From positions 9,300,001-9,364,000 of the forward strand of contig NC_092672.1 in NCBI RefSeq assembly GCF_964355755.1: a DNA stretch of 64,000 nt, written 5' to 3'. A program made the position numbers and the translations under genes. Below, in pieces: positions 35,663-49,105 of this stretch; the stretch's first letter is position 1, and every line of letters starts with the position of its first letter. Source of the DNA: Antedon mediterranea. Its lineage: Eukaryota; Animalia; Echinodermata. The notes beneath the pieces were generated by a model that made no database searches, was not told the origin of the DNA, and saw only the letters and a list, made by a program, of their open reading frames with translations.

Positions 35663-38389
35663 ATTAATGATATATTGAAGTAGATAGCACTGCGTTATTA
35701 CACGTGAGCCTTGGTTTGGTTGTCAGGATCTGACGAGTATTCGGCACCAAAATCAGGGGCGGATCCAGGATTTTGAAATAGGGAGATGTGGGGGGGGGGG
35801 GGGAGCAAAGGTAAAGTTTTCCCCTATGACATGTTCATTTCAAACTGAGAAGCAAAAAGCAAAGCTAAATACGTCAGAGGTGTTTTTTTGTTTTATAGTA
35901 GGCCTATACCCCCAAGTACCCAACAAATAATCCACTGAAAATTAATTAAATAGTCTATTATTTATTAAACTTTGTTATTCGGTGGCCATATAACAGCTAG
36001 AAGGCCTACTAAGAAATTTGTAATGCCTGAGATGATCATTGTGGGTGGGTGGGTAAGTTTAGTTCTGATAAAATGATAAGAAGTATTGGAACCATGGTGG
36101 GGCCTGTGACGAAGCTAATTTACTCCCATGACACCCCTAGCTAGATGGCCGGAAATGGGTACTCTCGCGCGTAAAATTCATGAAAAATGGAACCTCATAA
36201 CTCATATCATTTGACGTTATTTTAATGTTGATTCTTGAATTTATTTGTTCACTAAACGAATAACTGTAATTTATTTGAATGCAAATAGAGAGAAAATGAT
36301 GCCTATGTGCTCACGCATGAATTTGTTCAAAGTACTTGTTTCATTAAAAAATCAATTTGAAAGAAAGAGTATAGCTAGCCTTCTGGTGTAATGCCCAATT
36401 CACCACTAGACTAGACAAGTATTGTAATACAAATTAAAATCAAGGTTAAAATAAAAAAGAAAAATATATAAACATTTATTAAATAAGTTAAATTCTTAAT
36501 TCCAGCAGTGTGCGTTTTAGAGAGGATTCATTTTAAGTCTTTTGCAGCGACAGCTTAATTTTGATTAAGTTGTTTAACAATTAAACGTAATGTTGTTTCC
36601 CCTGATTAATGAGTTAATGAATGTTTTTCTCCGTTGAAATATATATATATATATAATAGTCTGACAAAAATGATGACAGGAAGTGAAAACACAAACATGT
36701 TTCATTAACTTGTAAATCTTTATTAACCTTAGGCCTAATCATATTGAGAGAACATGAGAACACAACTCAAGTCTGTAACATCTTTTTAGTACTAAATTTC
36801 ATTTTGTTTTCGAGGTACAAACTCGATTCAAGATATCAGATGTATTATCAACATCTAGCCATGTTTGTTTAACTACAACAAACTAAATTTAAATAACATA
36901 GTGTAGTAAATAAATAACATTTTTCATGTTTTAAATAATACATGAGAACACAACTGAAAATCTGTAACATAATTCCTTTTTTATTTTTTTATTTTTTATT
37001 TTATTAAAATAAAAACCAACAGCGATAATTACCGCCACTAACAGGTTTGATACAAACAAAGCCAGGACTGTTTAAAGCACCTTGATTGGTCCTAACATTG
37101 GTCAAGGGCTTATCTCGTCTCTTGACCAGAGGAAAGGCATTAAATATAATGTTTTTGAGGTATACAAACTTGATTCAAGATATCAAATGTATTATCAACA
37201 TCTACCTAAATTTAATTTGTAAAAAAAAACACACAAAACATACTGAAATCTAATGTTTTTTTAGGTATAGGTTGAAACTCAATAAAATATCAATTTGTGA
37301 ATTTTTTTTTGAAAAAGAACAAACTTAATACACATGTTTGTTGAAGGCAAAGTGATTTATATTCTATGTGGAGAAAAAATACAAATTATCGAACAAAAGT
37401 TTAAAAGAAAAAAGAAATTTTATAACTTAATGCTAATTGCAAAACTGAATATTTACAACTGCTAAGTTGTCAATCTAAATCGGATACGATTGCATTGCTT
37501 TTAAAAATTGTTAGACAGAGAACGTATGTTTTTAGGAAGTAGTGTTATACAAACCAGGGAGTTGACTCCCTGTACAAACCATGGAGGACCTCCATGTACA
37601 AACCAATATAAACATATTTAAAATTGCAATAATAATCTGTAAATGCTATCTAGTAAATGCGTTATTAAATAATAAAAATTTAACACTGTGACAAATACTG
37701 GAGTAAATACATAAGTATATTTAAAATGCGACTTAACTTTAACAATAATTAATATAAAAAGATAGATTTAATAAGTGCAAACAGAATTAATAACACGAGA
37801 AACTAAGGTAGGCCTACCTTTAATAATAAACGTTTCATTGTTAAAGTAATAGTAAAACGTACGAGATGTGGAATTATTAAATGTGCGACATAAAACACAA
37901 CTGAGAACATTTAATCAAATTACTAGCTTTTGACACATTGATGGCGTGGATAATGGGGTTCTTCGACAAAATTTAGGGAAACCGATTGAATAAGCTTAAT
38001 GCACTTTTTATTTTTTTTTTTTGGTGTAAAATGGTTCAATAGATATCTCGGAACCTCTTCAATATGAAAACTACAATACAATTACATCACGACGTGTTAA
38101 ATAGAGTAAAAATTAGTTTGTGTAATTGTCGCCCTAATTAGAGGGGTTGGGTTGCATTTATTCAATTTATTCGAATAAATACGGTACTATTTTTTTCACA
38201 TTCAAATCTTTGTATTATACAAGTATATACTGATTTAATATAAATGATATTAAGTTAAAAACATATACAAAACAATATTATTATAAAAAGAGTGTAATTA
38301 TTGTAGATTATGAGTTTCAAATAAGTGTGAATATAAAATAGCCTAAGTAAAATCTTCACCATTAATTCTTTCAAGTCTTGATACAACTC

Positions 38390-40269
38390 TTATTTCTTAC
38401 TGAATGATGTGGTTTTTGCAACTCTGGTTCTTTTTTTTTGTCCTGGTTTTTTAGCACATTGTGGTGTTGCAGGAATAATTAATTTCCCGTCTTTAGATGT
38501 TGTTGTTTTTGCAACTGTTTTGTTCAGTGATATTTTCAAAAATCGTAAAACATATTTGTTTTTTTCATCTTCAGATTTCCCTATCCAAACAGAATTTGGC
38601 ACTGTATATTTCTTTAATCTAGGGATAACGTAAAAATTGCCTTGTCCGTGAATTGCACGCCGGGCGTCTGCATATTGTAATTTCGCAATTTTGTGTAGAA
38701 TTTGTACTAAATCTGGAAGCCTTTGTGGTTTCCAGTTAATGGATAGTTTTAGAATGTGATTTATGCTTTCGCAGTTGTTGTTTGTCCAACGGTCCGGAAT
38801 CACTCGGTCGGTAATATTGGGTCTGAAAACCTTTTCTTTTAAGGTTGGGCACAGTTTATCTCTAAAATAATTTCCAAATAGTGGAACTTGTTTTTGGAAA
38901 TCTATTTCCAATTGTAGTGAACGTTTGTCAAATTGTGAAATGTTTGTACTCCCAAGTAATCCGGACGGCGAAAAGATTTTGTTTAGTATTATTTGTCGGT
39001 ACTTATTATTTGCTCCTTGCTTTTCAAGCAAGTAACGAGATGCATTTTGCTTGATATGCCTTGTGCACAATATGTGTCGCGAATTGGGGAAAGAAAAGTT
39101 TAAAGCTTTCAAAATTGCCTTTTCTTCGTCGGAACCTATGACCATATTACAACTCATACCAACTTCGGAATTGTTTATGTCACTGTCAAGCTGACAACGC
39201 AAATGTGTAAAGAAATCAAGATACGTGCTGTACCGACCATCCCAGTGTAATAGCATCGGGCCGACAAAAATGGGATGATCATTTGCTTCTTTTTTAAGCA
39301 ATAGAGTGTTTTTAAAAACAGTAACCGTTAAATAGCAAGCCCCCAAGTTAAAAGTCCTATCGATCCCTAGTATACTTTGAGAAATATTGCCACAACAAAA
39401 CCTTCGTAAGTCATTAATTTGATTGTTTGTGTACAGAATTACACAAGGAGGCTGATTAGGTACAGCAAAGACTTTTTTTACAAATTCATGTTTTGTTAAT
39501 TCGGTTATTAAATTTTGTATATCATCGGCAACATTAGACCTACTACCTGTGGTGAGTTTTTTTGATCGGTTATATTTCAAATTTCTCAGTTGTTTCATAT
39601 CTCTGGGTGCGCTTTCGGGGTTAGAAAAAACCATATCTGCGTAAGTATCCCTGGGTTTGGAATGGACAAGTCTACATTCAGCATCACGTAGAACTTTCGG
39701 ATGAGTACGTACGTATTCTGTGTGTGTATGTCTGTCATTACCATGTGACGAAATGGTAAAAGGAAAATTGCCAATGTATTCAACTACTGCTTTAGGCCTA
39801 TTGAAGTTGTTCATTTTTTCGTTTTCGTTTTCTATCCACGACACTCGTTTTTTGTACCCTTTGTCTCGTTTTAATTTACAATAACACCTATGCAAAGTTA
39901 TAATATTAGTCGGTTGTGGTACGAGCGGGACCCAAGTACCGTTTTTTTTAATGCAAAATCTATCACACTTAAAGACAATGGTGATAAGCCTTCCAGCTAC
40001 TCTTGTGAACTGTGTCTTCGGAGTACTACTACTTGACGAGTCCCATACACCACAATCATCAGGAAAGAAGCTACGACCACCTCCAAAACGTTGTTGTACA
40101 TTGCCTTCATTGTTGACAACAAATAACATATTTTCTTTAACACCCTGCGGAATGTCTGGGAATGTTGCATTTTCTGATGTTTTCATGAGGATTTGGTATA
40201 GTTCAGACACCTGAACAAATTTTTTGTTTAACAACCGCTTTGTGAACCTTTTGCACGACATTCGGTCAC
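38390..40269 (-). CDS. MULE/Mutator-family DDE transposase (last coding exon, ~626 codons)
   Basis: Uninterrupted ORF with ILGIDRTFNLG (D1), VIGSDEEKAI (D2), HILCTRHIKQN (CxxH) and WTNNNCESINHILK (E). Acceptor cgttttAG|GTGACCGA at 40270/40269 is in the ORF frame at phase 1. Confidence 0.9.
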
Positions 40270-40689
40270 CTAAAACGAAGCATATTGAAAATTTCAAAAT
40301 ATTTAATAACAGTAATAGGCATGTTTCCTTTTTTGCGGGCACTGTTTATAAACTTTATTTCAATAGTTACTTTTGAGCAAATGTATGATGCATGCATTTT
40401 CTATTTTATATGTAATATTTTCACAATAGAATATTAGTATATTAGTAACATGTAATTGTACCTTAAGAACACGCTAAAACGTAGTCGATACATCTAAAGA
40501 TAGTTTTATTTGGAAAATAAAAGATATCAGCCGTCACAATTTCCCACAAAAATAAACAGAATTATTTTAATTTTAATTGCATATTGGAAATGATAATGAA
40601 TTTTGTTTTCGAATATTGTGTCACACAAAGATAATGTAGATTTTATTAATATAGTGTTTCAATTAGGTTGTGTAAATTAAATAACGAAC

Positions 40690-43600
40690 CTTGCTTTTCC
40701 AGATCAGAACTAAATGAATTGTTTATGTGACTGTATCGTGTTTCGGAATTACTTAGAGCAACTTCAGACTCGGACGAAGAAAATATAATTGGTGAATTAT
40801 CGCCGACGTCTTCAATCTTGACAAATGCAGTGTGTCCCCTCTGTTTTTTTCCTTTTTAAAAATATATAAATATTTGTCAAACCATAAAGCAATACATAAC
40901 TTACAAATGTATTCCCCTATATTTTCATGCTATTGCTGGGAGCTTTTCTTTTGCTTTTTAACGGTAAATAACATACAGTACATGATAAACAATCAGACAT
41001 TGAATCGTGTTCTATATCATGATACATTTTATCCGCATTTTATGCAGGTTGACCGCAGTACTATTGCAAATAACAGTACTTACAATGATAGGTGTATTTT
41101 AAACACTACCCTCTTATTAATAATGACACGATTTACTGTATTTGGTGATTTGAGTTTTCTATTTGAATAATGAAACTCGAATCTTGTTATTGAAATATCA
41201 TAAATTTAAGAAACTCAAATATCTGAGTTTTTTAGATCTAGGAAACTTAGATATATTTAAAACTTGTGTTTTCTAACACAGATCTTGTAATGCGAAGATC
41301 AAAACGAACAAAACACTTACTTTCATGTTGCATAGTTTTTGTGGTTTTCGAGTCGGGCGTTGTCATCGACGTGCTTTTTTCCTTTATGATTTCGCTGTGG
41401 GGGTTACAAATTGGGGATTGGAAAATCACACTATCGCCGGAAGGCCTTCCTGTTATAGGCGTATGCAATACATCATTACGATTAGGTAGTAACTTTTCAT
41501 TGGTGTCTGTATGATCACTGCTGTCGTTGTTGGAGTCAGAAAATTGATGTGATAATGAAATCAAATCAAAATCTATATCGGAAGATTGGCTAAAAAAAGA
41601 GGTAGCTGGAATGCCCTTAAAATTAGCCATCGTGGCATTTGTGTCTGTCTTTTTGCTGTTGTCGCTGTTTGGTGTGGAGCGTGGAGATATGGAAATCATA
41701 TCACGTTTATGGAAAGGTTGTCTATCAACAGAAGTGGAGGGAACGTCTGTAGGATCAACCTGTGGTGTTGAGTCAACGGAATCAGATGATATGGTTGCGA
41801 TTCGTTGCTTCTTCTTCGGTCGCCTTGTTTTCTTTTTCCGCACTATAAAATGTAGATTCATATCGATAAGTAAAAACACACAATGTTATATGATCTAGAT
41901 ACATTCAGATATCTCAGTTTCCTATAGACACCTACACTTATTGAATAAAACATTACTTTGTTAAAAAAAAAACAACAGATCAAAACACTACCTCCTGCAT
42001 GATTCGTTACTTTCGTGGTTTTTAAGTCGGGCGTTGTCATCGACATGGGTACGTTGTCGCTATTTGGTGTGAACAGTGGAGATATGGAAATCATATCCCG
42101 TTTATGGAAAGGTTGTGTATCAACAGAAGTGGAGGGAAAGTCTGTAGGATCAACTTCAGACTCGGACGAAGAAAATATAAATGGTGAATTATCGCCGACA
42201 TCTTCAATCTTGAAAAATACAGTGTGTCGCCTCTGGTGTTTTCCTTTTTGAAAATATATAAAATATTTGTCAAACCATAATGCAATGCATAACTATACAT
42301 GTATTCCCCTATATTTTCAGGCTATTGCTGGGAGCTTTTCCTTTGCTTTTTAAAGGTAAATAACATACATGATAAACAATCAGACATTGAATCGTGTTCT
42401 ATATCATGATATACATTTTAGCCGCATTTTATGCAGGTTGACCGCAGTACTATTTTTGGCAAATAACAATGAGTACTTACAATGATAGGTGTATTTTAAA
42501 CACTACCCTCTTATTAACAATGACACGACTTACTGTATTATGTGATTTGATTTTTATATTTGAAGCTTGAAACTCGGATCTTGTTATTTAAATTTCATAA
42601 ATATAGGAAACTCAAATATCTGAGTTTTTTAGATCTAGAAAACTTAGATATATCTAAAATTTGTGTTTTCTAACACAGATCTATTCTTGTAATGCGAAGA
42701 TCAAAACGAACAAAACACTTACCTTCATGTTGCATAGTTTTTGTGGTTTTCAAGTCGGGCGTTGTCATCGACGTGCTTCTTTCCTTTATGATTTCGCTGT
42801 GGGGGTTACAAATTGGGGATTGGAAAATCACACTATCAGAAGGCTTTCCTGTTATAGGCATATGCAATACATCATTACGATTAGGTAGTAACTTTTCATT
42901 GGTGTCTGCATGATCACTGCTGTCGTTGTTGGGGTCAGAAAATTGATGATCAAAATCTATATTGGAAGATTGGTTAAAAAAAGAGGTAGCTGGAATGCCC
43001 TCAAAATTAGCCATCGTGGCATTAGTGTCTGTCTTTTTGCCGTTGTCGCTGTTTGATGTGGAGAGTGGAGATATGGAAATCACATCACATTTATGGAAAG
43101 GTTGTCTATCAACAGAAGTGGAGAGAAAGTCTGAAGGATCAAGTGTTGAGTCAACGGAATCAGAAGATATGGTTACTGTGGTTGCGATTCGTTGCTTCTT
43201 CTTCGGTCGCCTTGTTTTCTTTTTCCGCACTATAAAAATGTAGATTCATATCGATAAGTACAAACACACAATTGTATTTGATGTAGATACAATCAGATAT
43301 CTCAGTTTTCTATAGACACCTACACTTATTAAATAAAACATGTCTTTGTTAAAAAAAAAAAAAACAGAACAAAACACTACCTCCTGCATGTTGCGTAGCT
43401 GTTGTAGTTTTCAAGTCGGGCGTTGTCATCGACAAGGGTACGTTGTCGCTGTTTGGTGTGGAGATTGGAGATATGGAAAACATATCACGTTTATGGAAAG
43501 GTTGTCTATCAACAGAAGTGGAGGGAAAGTCTGTAGGATCAAGTGTTGAGTCAACGGAATCAGACGATATGGTTGCTATGGTTGCGATTCGTTGCTTCTT

Positions 43601-45396
43601 CTTCGGTCGCCTTGTTTTCTTTTTTCGTACTATAAAAATGTAGATTCATATCGATAAGTACAAACACACAATGTTATTTGATCTAGATACAATCAGATAT
43701 CTCAGTTTCCTATAGACACCTACACTTATTGAATAAAACATTTATTTTTTACAAAAAAAAAAACAGAACAAAACACTACCTCCTGCATGTTGCGTATCTT
43801 TTGTGGTTTTCAAGTCGGGCGTTGTCATCGACATGGGTACGTTGTCGCTGTTGGGTGTGGACAGTGGAGATATGGAAATCATATCCCGTTTATGGAAAGG
43901 TTGTGTATCAACAGAAGTGGAGGGAAAGTCTGTAGGATCAACTTCAGACTCGGACGAAGAAAATATAAATGGTGAATTATCACCGACATCTTCAATCTTG
44001 AAAAATACAGTGTGTCGCCTCTGCTGTTTTCCTTTTTGAAAATATATAAAATATTTGTCAAACCATAATGCAATACATAACTACAAATGTATTCCCCTAT
44101 ATTTTCAGGCTATTGCTGGGAGCTTTTCTTTTGCCTTTTAAAGGTAAATAACATACATGATAAACAATCAGACATTGAACAGTGTTCTATATCATGTTAT
44201 ACATTTTAGGCGCATTTTATGCAGGTTGACCGCAGTACTATATTGCAAATAACAGTACTTACAATGATAGGTGTATTTTAAACACTACCCTCTTATTAAT
44301 AATGACACGATTTACTGTATTATGTGATTTGATTTTTATATTTGAAGATTGAAACTCGGATCTTGTTATTTAAATTTCATAATTCTAGGAAACTCAAATA
44401 TCTGAGTTTTTTAGATCTAGAAAACTTAGATATATCTAAAATTTGTGTTTTCTAACACAGATCTTGTAATGCGAAGATCAAAACGAACAAAACACTTACC
44501 TTCATGTTGCATAGTTTTTATGGTGCTTTTTTCCTTTATGATTTCGCTGTGGGGGTTACAAATTGGGGATTGGAAAATCACACTATCGGAAGGCTTTCCT
44601 GTTATAGGCATATGCAATACATCATTATGATTAGGTAGTAACTTTTCATTGGTGTCTGCATGATCATTGCTGTTCTTGTTGGGGTCAGAAAATGGGTGTG
44701 ATAATGAAATCAGATCAGAATCTATATTGGAAGATTGGTTAAAAAAAGAGGTAGCTGGATAGCCCTCTAAATTAGCCATCGTGGCATTTGTGTCTGTCTT
44801 TTTGCCGTTGTCGCTGTTTGATGTGGAGAGTGGAGATATGGAAATCATATCACGTTTATGGAAAGGTTGTCTATCAACAGAAGTGGAGGGAAAGTCTGTA
44901 GGATCAAGTGTTGAGTCAACGGAATCAGATGATATGGTTACTGTGGTTGCGATTCGTTGCTTCTTCTTCGGTCGCCTTGTTTTCTTTTTTCGCACTATAA
45001 AAATGTAGATTCATATCGATAAGTACAAACACACAATTGTATTTGATGTAGATACAATCAGATATCTCAGTTTTCTATAGACGCCTACACTTATTAAATA
45101 AAACATGTCTTTGTTAAAAAAAAAATAACAGAACAAAACACTACCTCTTGCATGTTGCGTATCTGTTGTGGTTTTCAAGTCGGGCGTTGTCATCGACATG
45201 GGTACGTTGTCGCTGTTGGGCGTGGACAGTGGAGATAGGGAAATCATATCCCGTTTATGGCAAGGTTGTGTATCAACAGAAGTGGAGGGAAAGTCTGTAG
45301 GATCAACCTGTGGTGTTGAGTCAACGGAATCAGATGATATGGGTACTATAGTTGCGATTCGTTCTTTCATTTTCGGTCGCCTTTTCTTTTTTTGAA
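40690..45396 (-). CDS. Eight tandemly amplified phase-1/phase-1 exons encoding Ser/Thr/Asp/Pro-rich low-complexity repeats with basic NLS-like heads
   Basis: Exons 45145-45396 (252 nt), 44500-44994 (495), 43780-44031 (252), 43381-43629 (249), 42723-43229 (507), 41992-42243 (252), 41321-41842 (522), 40690-40851 (162). All are multiples of 3, AG..GT bounded and open. Three acceptors (..aaaaAG) are weak. Confidence 0.7.
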
Positions 45397-45606
45397 CTAT
45401 AAAAATTTAGATTTATCTCGGTCAATAATATAAACACACCTCTGAGATAACTTCGTTACAATAAAAAATAACAATGAACCAATCTATTGCGTACACTACG
45501 TACGGATAAGTTTTGTGTATTCTTATCCTAAAATTTTATTTTTTTTAAATTTGTACAAATAAATAAGAAACCATTTGTCTAAATTAGTAGAGTAGGCCTA
45601 ATTTAC

Positions 45607-46612
45607 CTTTCCTTTTGATTACTTTCTTGTGACCAATGTCGTCATACGAAGTAGATGACAAGCAAGATGACAATATTTCGGGTAAACACACTCTCTCATC
45701 TATTAAAGAACTGTCCAATAACGGGACAAAGTGGTTAGGAATCCACGTACCCTTTGAAGAAGGTAATAGTGTACTAGTCCACATAATAAAAATCGGATGT
45801 CTGTCAGCTGTTTCTTCGCAAGGATAAAAACTTCTATTCAATATGCGATGTGCATTGTCAGTAACGCCATTATAAGGAGGATACACAGAAATAATTTCTT
45901 GCCCTATAACACTAGACAACGCCTGTATCTGCCAAGCTGAAGAATAACCGCTTTCACGACTACAATCTGAACAAGCGAGATTGTAATCAGGACTGGTTAA
46001 AGCAATTTTTGAATGTTTGTGCAGTTCCTTGTAGAATGTTTCTTTTTCTACCATATCAACAAATGTTCTTACGCGAAGTTCAGTAGCAATGTTTTCATTG
46101 CCAGTCAAAGCAACAGCTACGGCATTAAACAAGCAGCTACCGTCACCAGCGACAGATACAGGGATTAAACGCCCACCTCCACATTTGTTCATTATACTTG
46201 TAGAAACAGCATCGATGACATACTGTTGAGATATCGTAAACGGGGGTTTACTAAAGCGATGATTACGTAGAAATAAACGTTCACTTTGCGCTATGTCAAG
46301 TATATTGTAATTGTTTTTGGTAGCTGAATCAATACGCTCTAATGAGGCCAAAAAATCAAAACTGCCATTAGGGCTACAGCATTCGGAACAAGTGAAATGC
46401 AAAGGAGAGTTACCTAAGCTATGCAAGTTTGCTTTAGTTAAGTTTTCGCACAATATGTGGAACCAGCGTAAGCAATAATCACAAAATATACTGTCATTGT
46501 TGCACGCAAACTTACAAACACCACAAAAGTATTTCCCCGTTTTTTTCTTGTCACAATCAAAACAAGTTAAACAAGGTCTAGTTTTTTTGTGCTGCCTTTT
46601 TTGTCTGTACAT
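45607..46612 (-). CDS. PHD finger plus vertnin-like OTU cysteine protease domain (first coding exon of the transposon gene)
   Basis: C4HC3 pattern CGVC..CDYC..WFHILC..CSEC. OTU motifs VAGDGSCLFNAVAVAL, ELRVR, WQIQALSSVIGQEIISVYP, IFIMWT, WIPNHFVPLL. Acceptor tttcAG|AATATG at 46616; donor AAAG|GTAAAT at 45606. Confidence 0.85.
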
Positions 46613-48059
46613 ATTCTGAAAGTAAAATAAGAACAATTGGTTTGAAAGCAATTGTAAGGTCCTATCATTAGCAAGTACACATTATATTTATCAGATTATA
46701 TTTACACTTTTGCAGCATTTACTATTTATAGAATAAAAATGTTATCTGCACTAAATAAGCCAGTCGGTAAATCTTTATGGAATTCATTTAAAAGCAATAT
46801 GTTATATAACATTGAATGTGAAACATATAACAATAAAGAAAAAAGTATAGAAAAATGGGTAGCTTTAAGAAATAAGATTATGATAATATAATTTCTAATT
46901 TGATACGATTAACAGAAAAAGAATTACAGTGATACGGGTTACTGGTGGTACTGAGCTATTATTGTTTATTTTTATCATGTATATAAATATATTGTATAAT
47001 CCGGGTTGTAAAATGAAAACAAACAAATGAAAATGTGTGAACTATTTTAAAACGGGATAGATGATAATGATGATCCTGTCAAGTGTATAACAAAATATAA
47101 GAAAATTAATGAAAAAAGGAGTAATACAGAATTCATATATGTAAAAATGTTACTTATGAACTGTAACGACATTTACAAGTTAAATAATACGATTTTATGT
47201 AATATGAGATAATATGAATGTGAATAAAAGTGGTGTTTGCGCCACAAAAGAGAAAAAGAAAAAAAAACAAGTACACAAATCAAATTGCTTAACTTAGGCT
47301 TTATTGTTTTTCAATTCTTTATATCATTATTAGTCAAAATGATTAGTTTGATGATTTTTGGGTAAAAATTAAACTGCGAATGCGTATACGCGAAAAATTG
47401 CGATTCGCACAAATAAATAACTTGAATACCGTTGTAGATATTTAAATTAAAGCATTCTTTATACACTGAATAATGATTAACTATTAAAAAATGAACTGTA
47501 AATAATTATGAATGACTTACCACTGTGTGCTCGTCAGAACCGAACGGTTAAGTAAAAATAGACTGAACTGTTGTACAACTGAACTGAACTGTACAAAAAT
47601 AAAGATTTAGATGGATTTTCTCCAGTGAGAATTCAAGAATAAAGGTATGATGTGTTTTTTTATCGCTTTAAATAGTGGAAAGAAACTTCAGCAGAACCAC
47701 GCTTTTTACATAGTTGCATGAAGGTCTTTTTTATTGGCTTATTTTCTGAAGCCTAACACCGTCAAAGTTCTAGACCAATCGCAATGCACATTTTGCCAAA
47801 GCTGCTCTCATATTTGGGACCATCTTTAAGAAATCGGAAACCAACAGGCTGCTTTGATAATAACCGCACACGGAACCGGTGCTATCGCCATATCAAACAC
47901 TATTTTGACAAAACCGTCCGACTCCGATAAAATGCCAGTTATTCCACTGACATATTGCAAAATAGGTTACCGTCAAGAATAAACATGTAAGGAACTCCTT
48001 TGTATGATCTTGATAAAATTACTAAGGTTCTTCGAACACAGAGACCAGAGACTAAGAGA

Positions 48060-49105
48060 TAGGTCGAAACGGGTGTCTCAAAAACAGAGACCAGAGACCC
48101 GAGACCCAGGGTCTCTGTTTTCGAGAAAATCTGGAAAACAGAGACCCCCACTAAAACGTCTAAATAATACGTTATATAGGGGGTCTCTGTTTTCCAGAAA
48201 AACTCGAAAACAGATACCCCCATTAAAACGTCTCAATATTAAGTCAATATTACGTTACATAGGGGGTCTCTGTTTTCCAGAAAAACTCGAAAACAGATAC
48301 CCCCATTAAAACTTCTTAATATTAAGTCAATATTACGTTATATAGGGGGTCTCAGTTTTCGAGTTTTTCTAGAAAACAGAGACCTCCACTAAAACGTTTC
48401 AATATTAAGTCAATATTACGTTATATAGGGGTCTCTGTTTTCGAGAAAAACTCGAAAACAGAGACCCCCACTAAAACGTCTCAATATTAGGTCAATATTA
48501 CGTTATATAGGGGGTCCCCACTAAAACGTCTCAAAATCACAGAATGACGTATCAGTAATAAACGGTAACTGATATGCCGATATCAAAGAACATGCCGCAA
48601 CGATAAGAAGATTGATGAATTCTTGAACGCGTGTGAAGAGACTGTCATTTTGGAATACAAGGTCGACGTCCTAGAAGTTAAGTAAGATGTATAAATGCAT
48701 GTTAGAAGCTAAAAAGCGGGAGATTATTTCAAAAACTGACACTAGTTTCGTAACCTTTATTAACAAGCATAAAAGATAATAACGTACAATGCAATAACAA
48801 AATGATATGAGGTCAGACTTTGAGGCAGACTGGAGGATGAAGACAAATATATTGTGTTGGGCGAACCTTTAAAAAGAAATGAATTAAAAAAATAAAAATA
48901 AATTGATAAATAAATAAACATAAATTCACGGTTTTTGCGATAAAAGTTGGGTTTTAATAATTTATGACCAAGCTCGTTGGTGGGTATTTGCAACACTCTC
49001 AATAAACAGGGATTATATTAGGGGGTCTCGGGAAATCTCAAAAAAAGAGACCCCCAATATAATGAGACGTTTTAGTGGGGGTCTCTGTTTTCGAGTTTTT
49101 CTCCA
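48060..49105. repeat. Array of ~83-bp units built from inverted GAGACCCC/GGGGTCTC motifs (main block 48060-48535, outlier 49020-49105)
   Basis: aaaacagagacccccactaaaacgtctcaatattaagtcaatattacgttatatagggggtctctgttttc repeated ~5 times; each unit is self-complementary at its ends. Confidence 0.8.

Noticed and set aside
40270-40342. N-terminus MPAKKETCLLLLLN.. of the 650-aa transposase ORF (signal-peptide-like)
   Set aside because: It begins at a non-ATG codon and lies upstream of a good splice acceptor at 40270, so it is most likely intron.
41266-45395. Plus-strand ORFs over the repeat exons
   Set aside because: Antisense shadows of the minus-strand exons; splice signals support only the minus strand.
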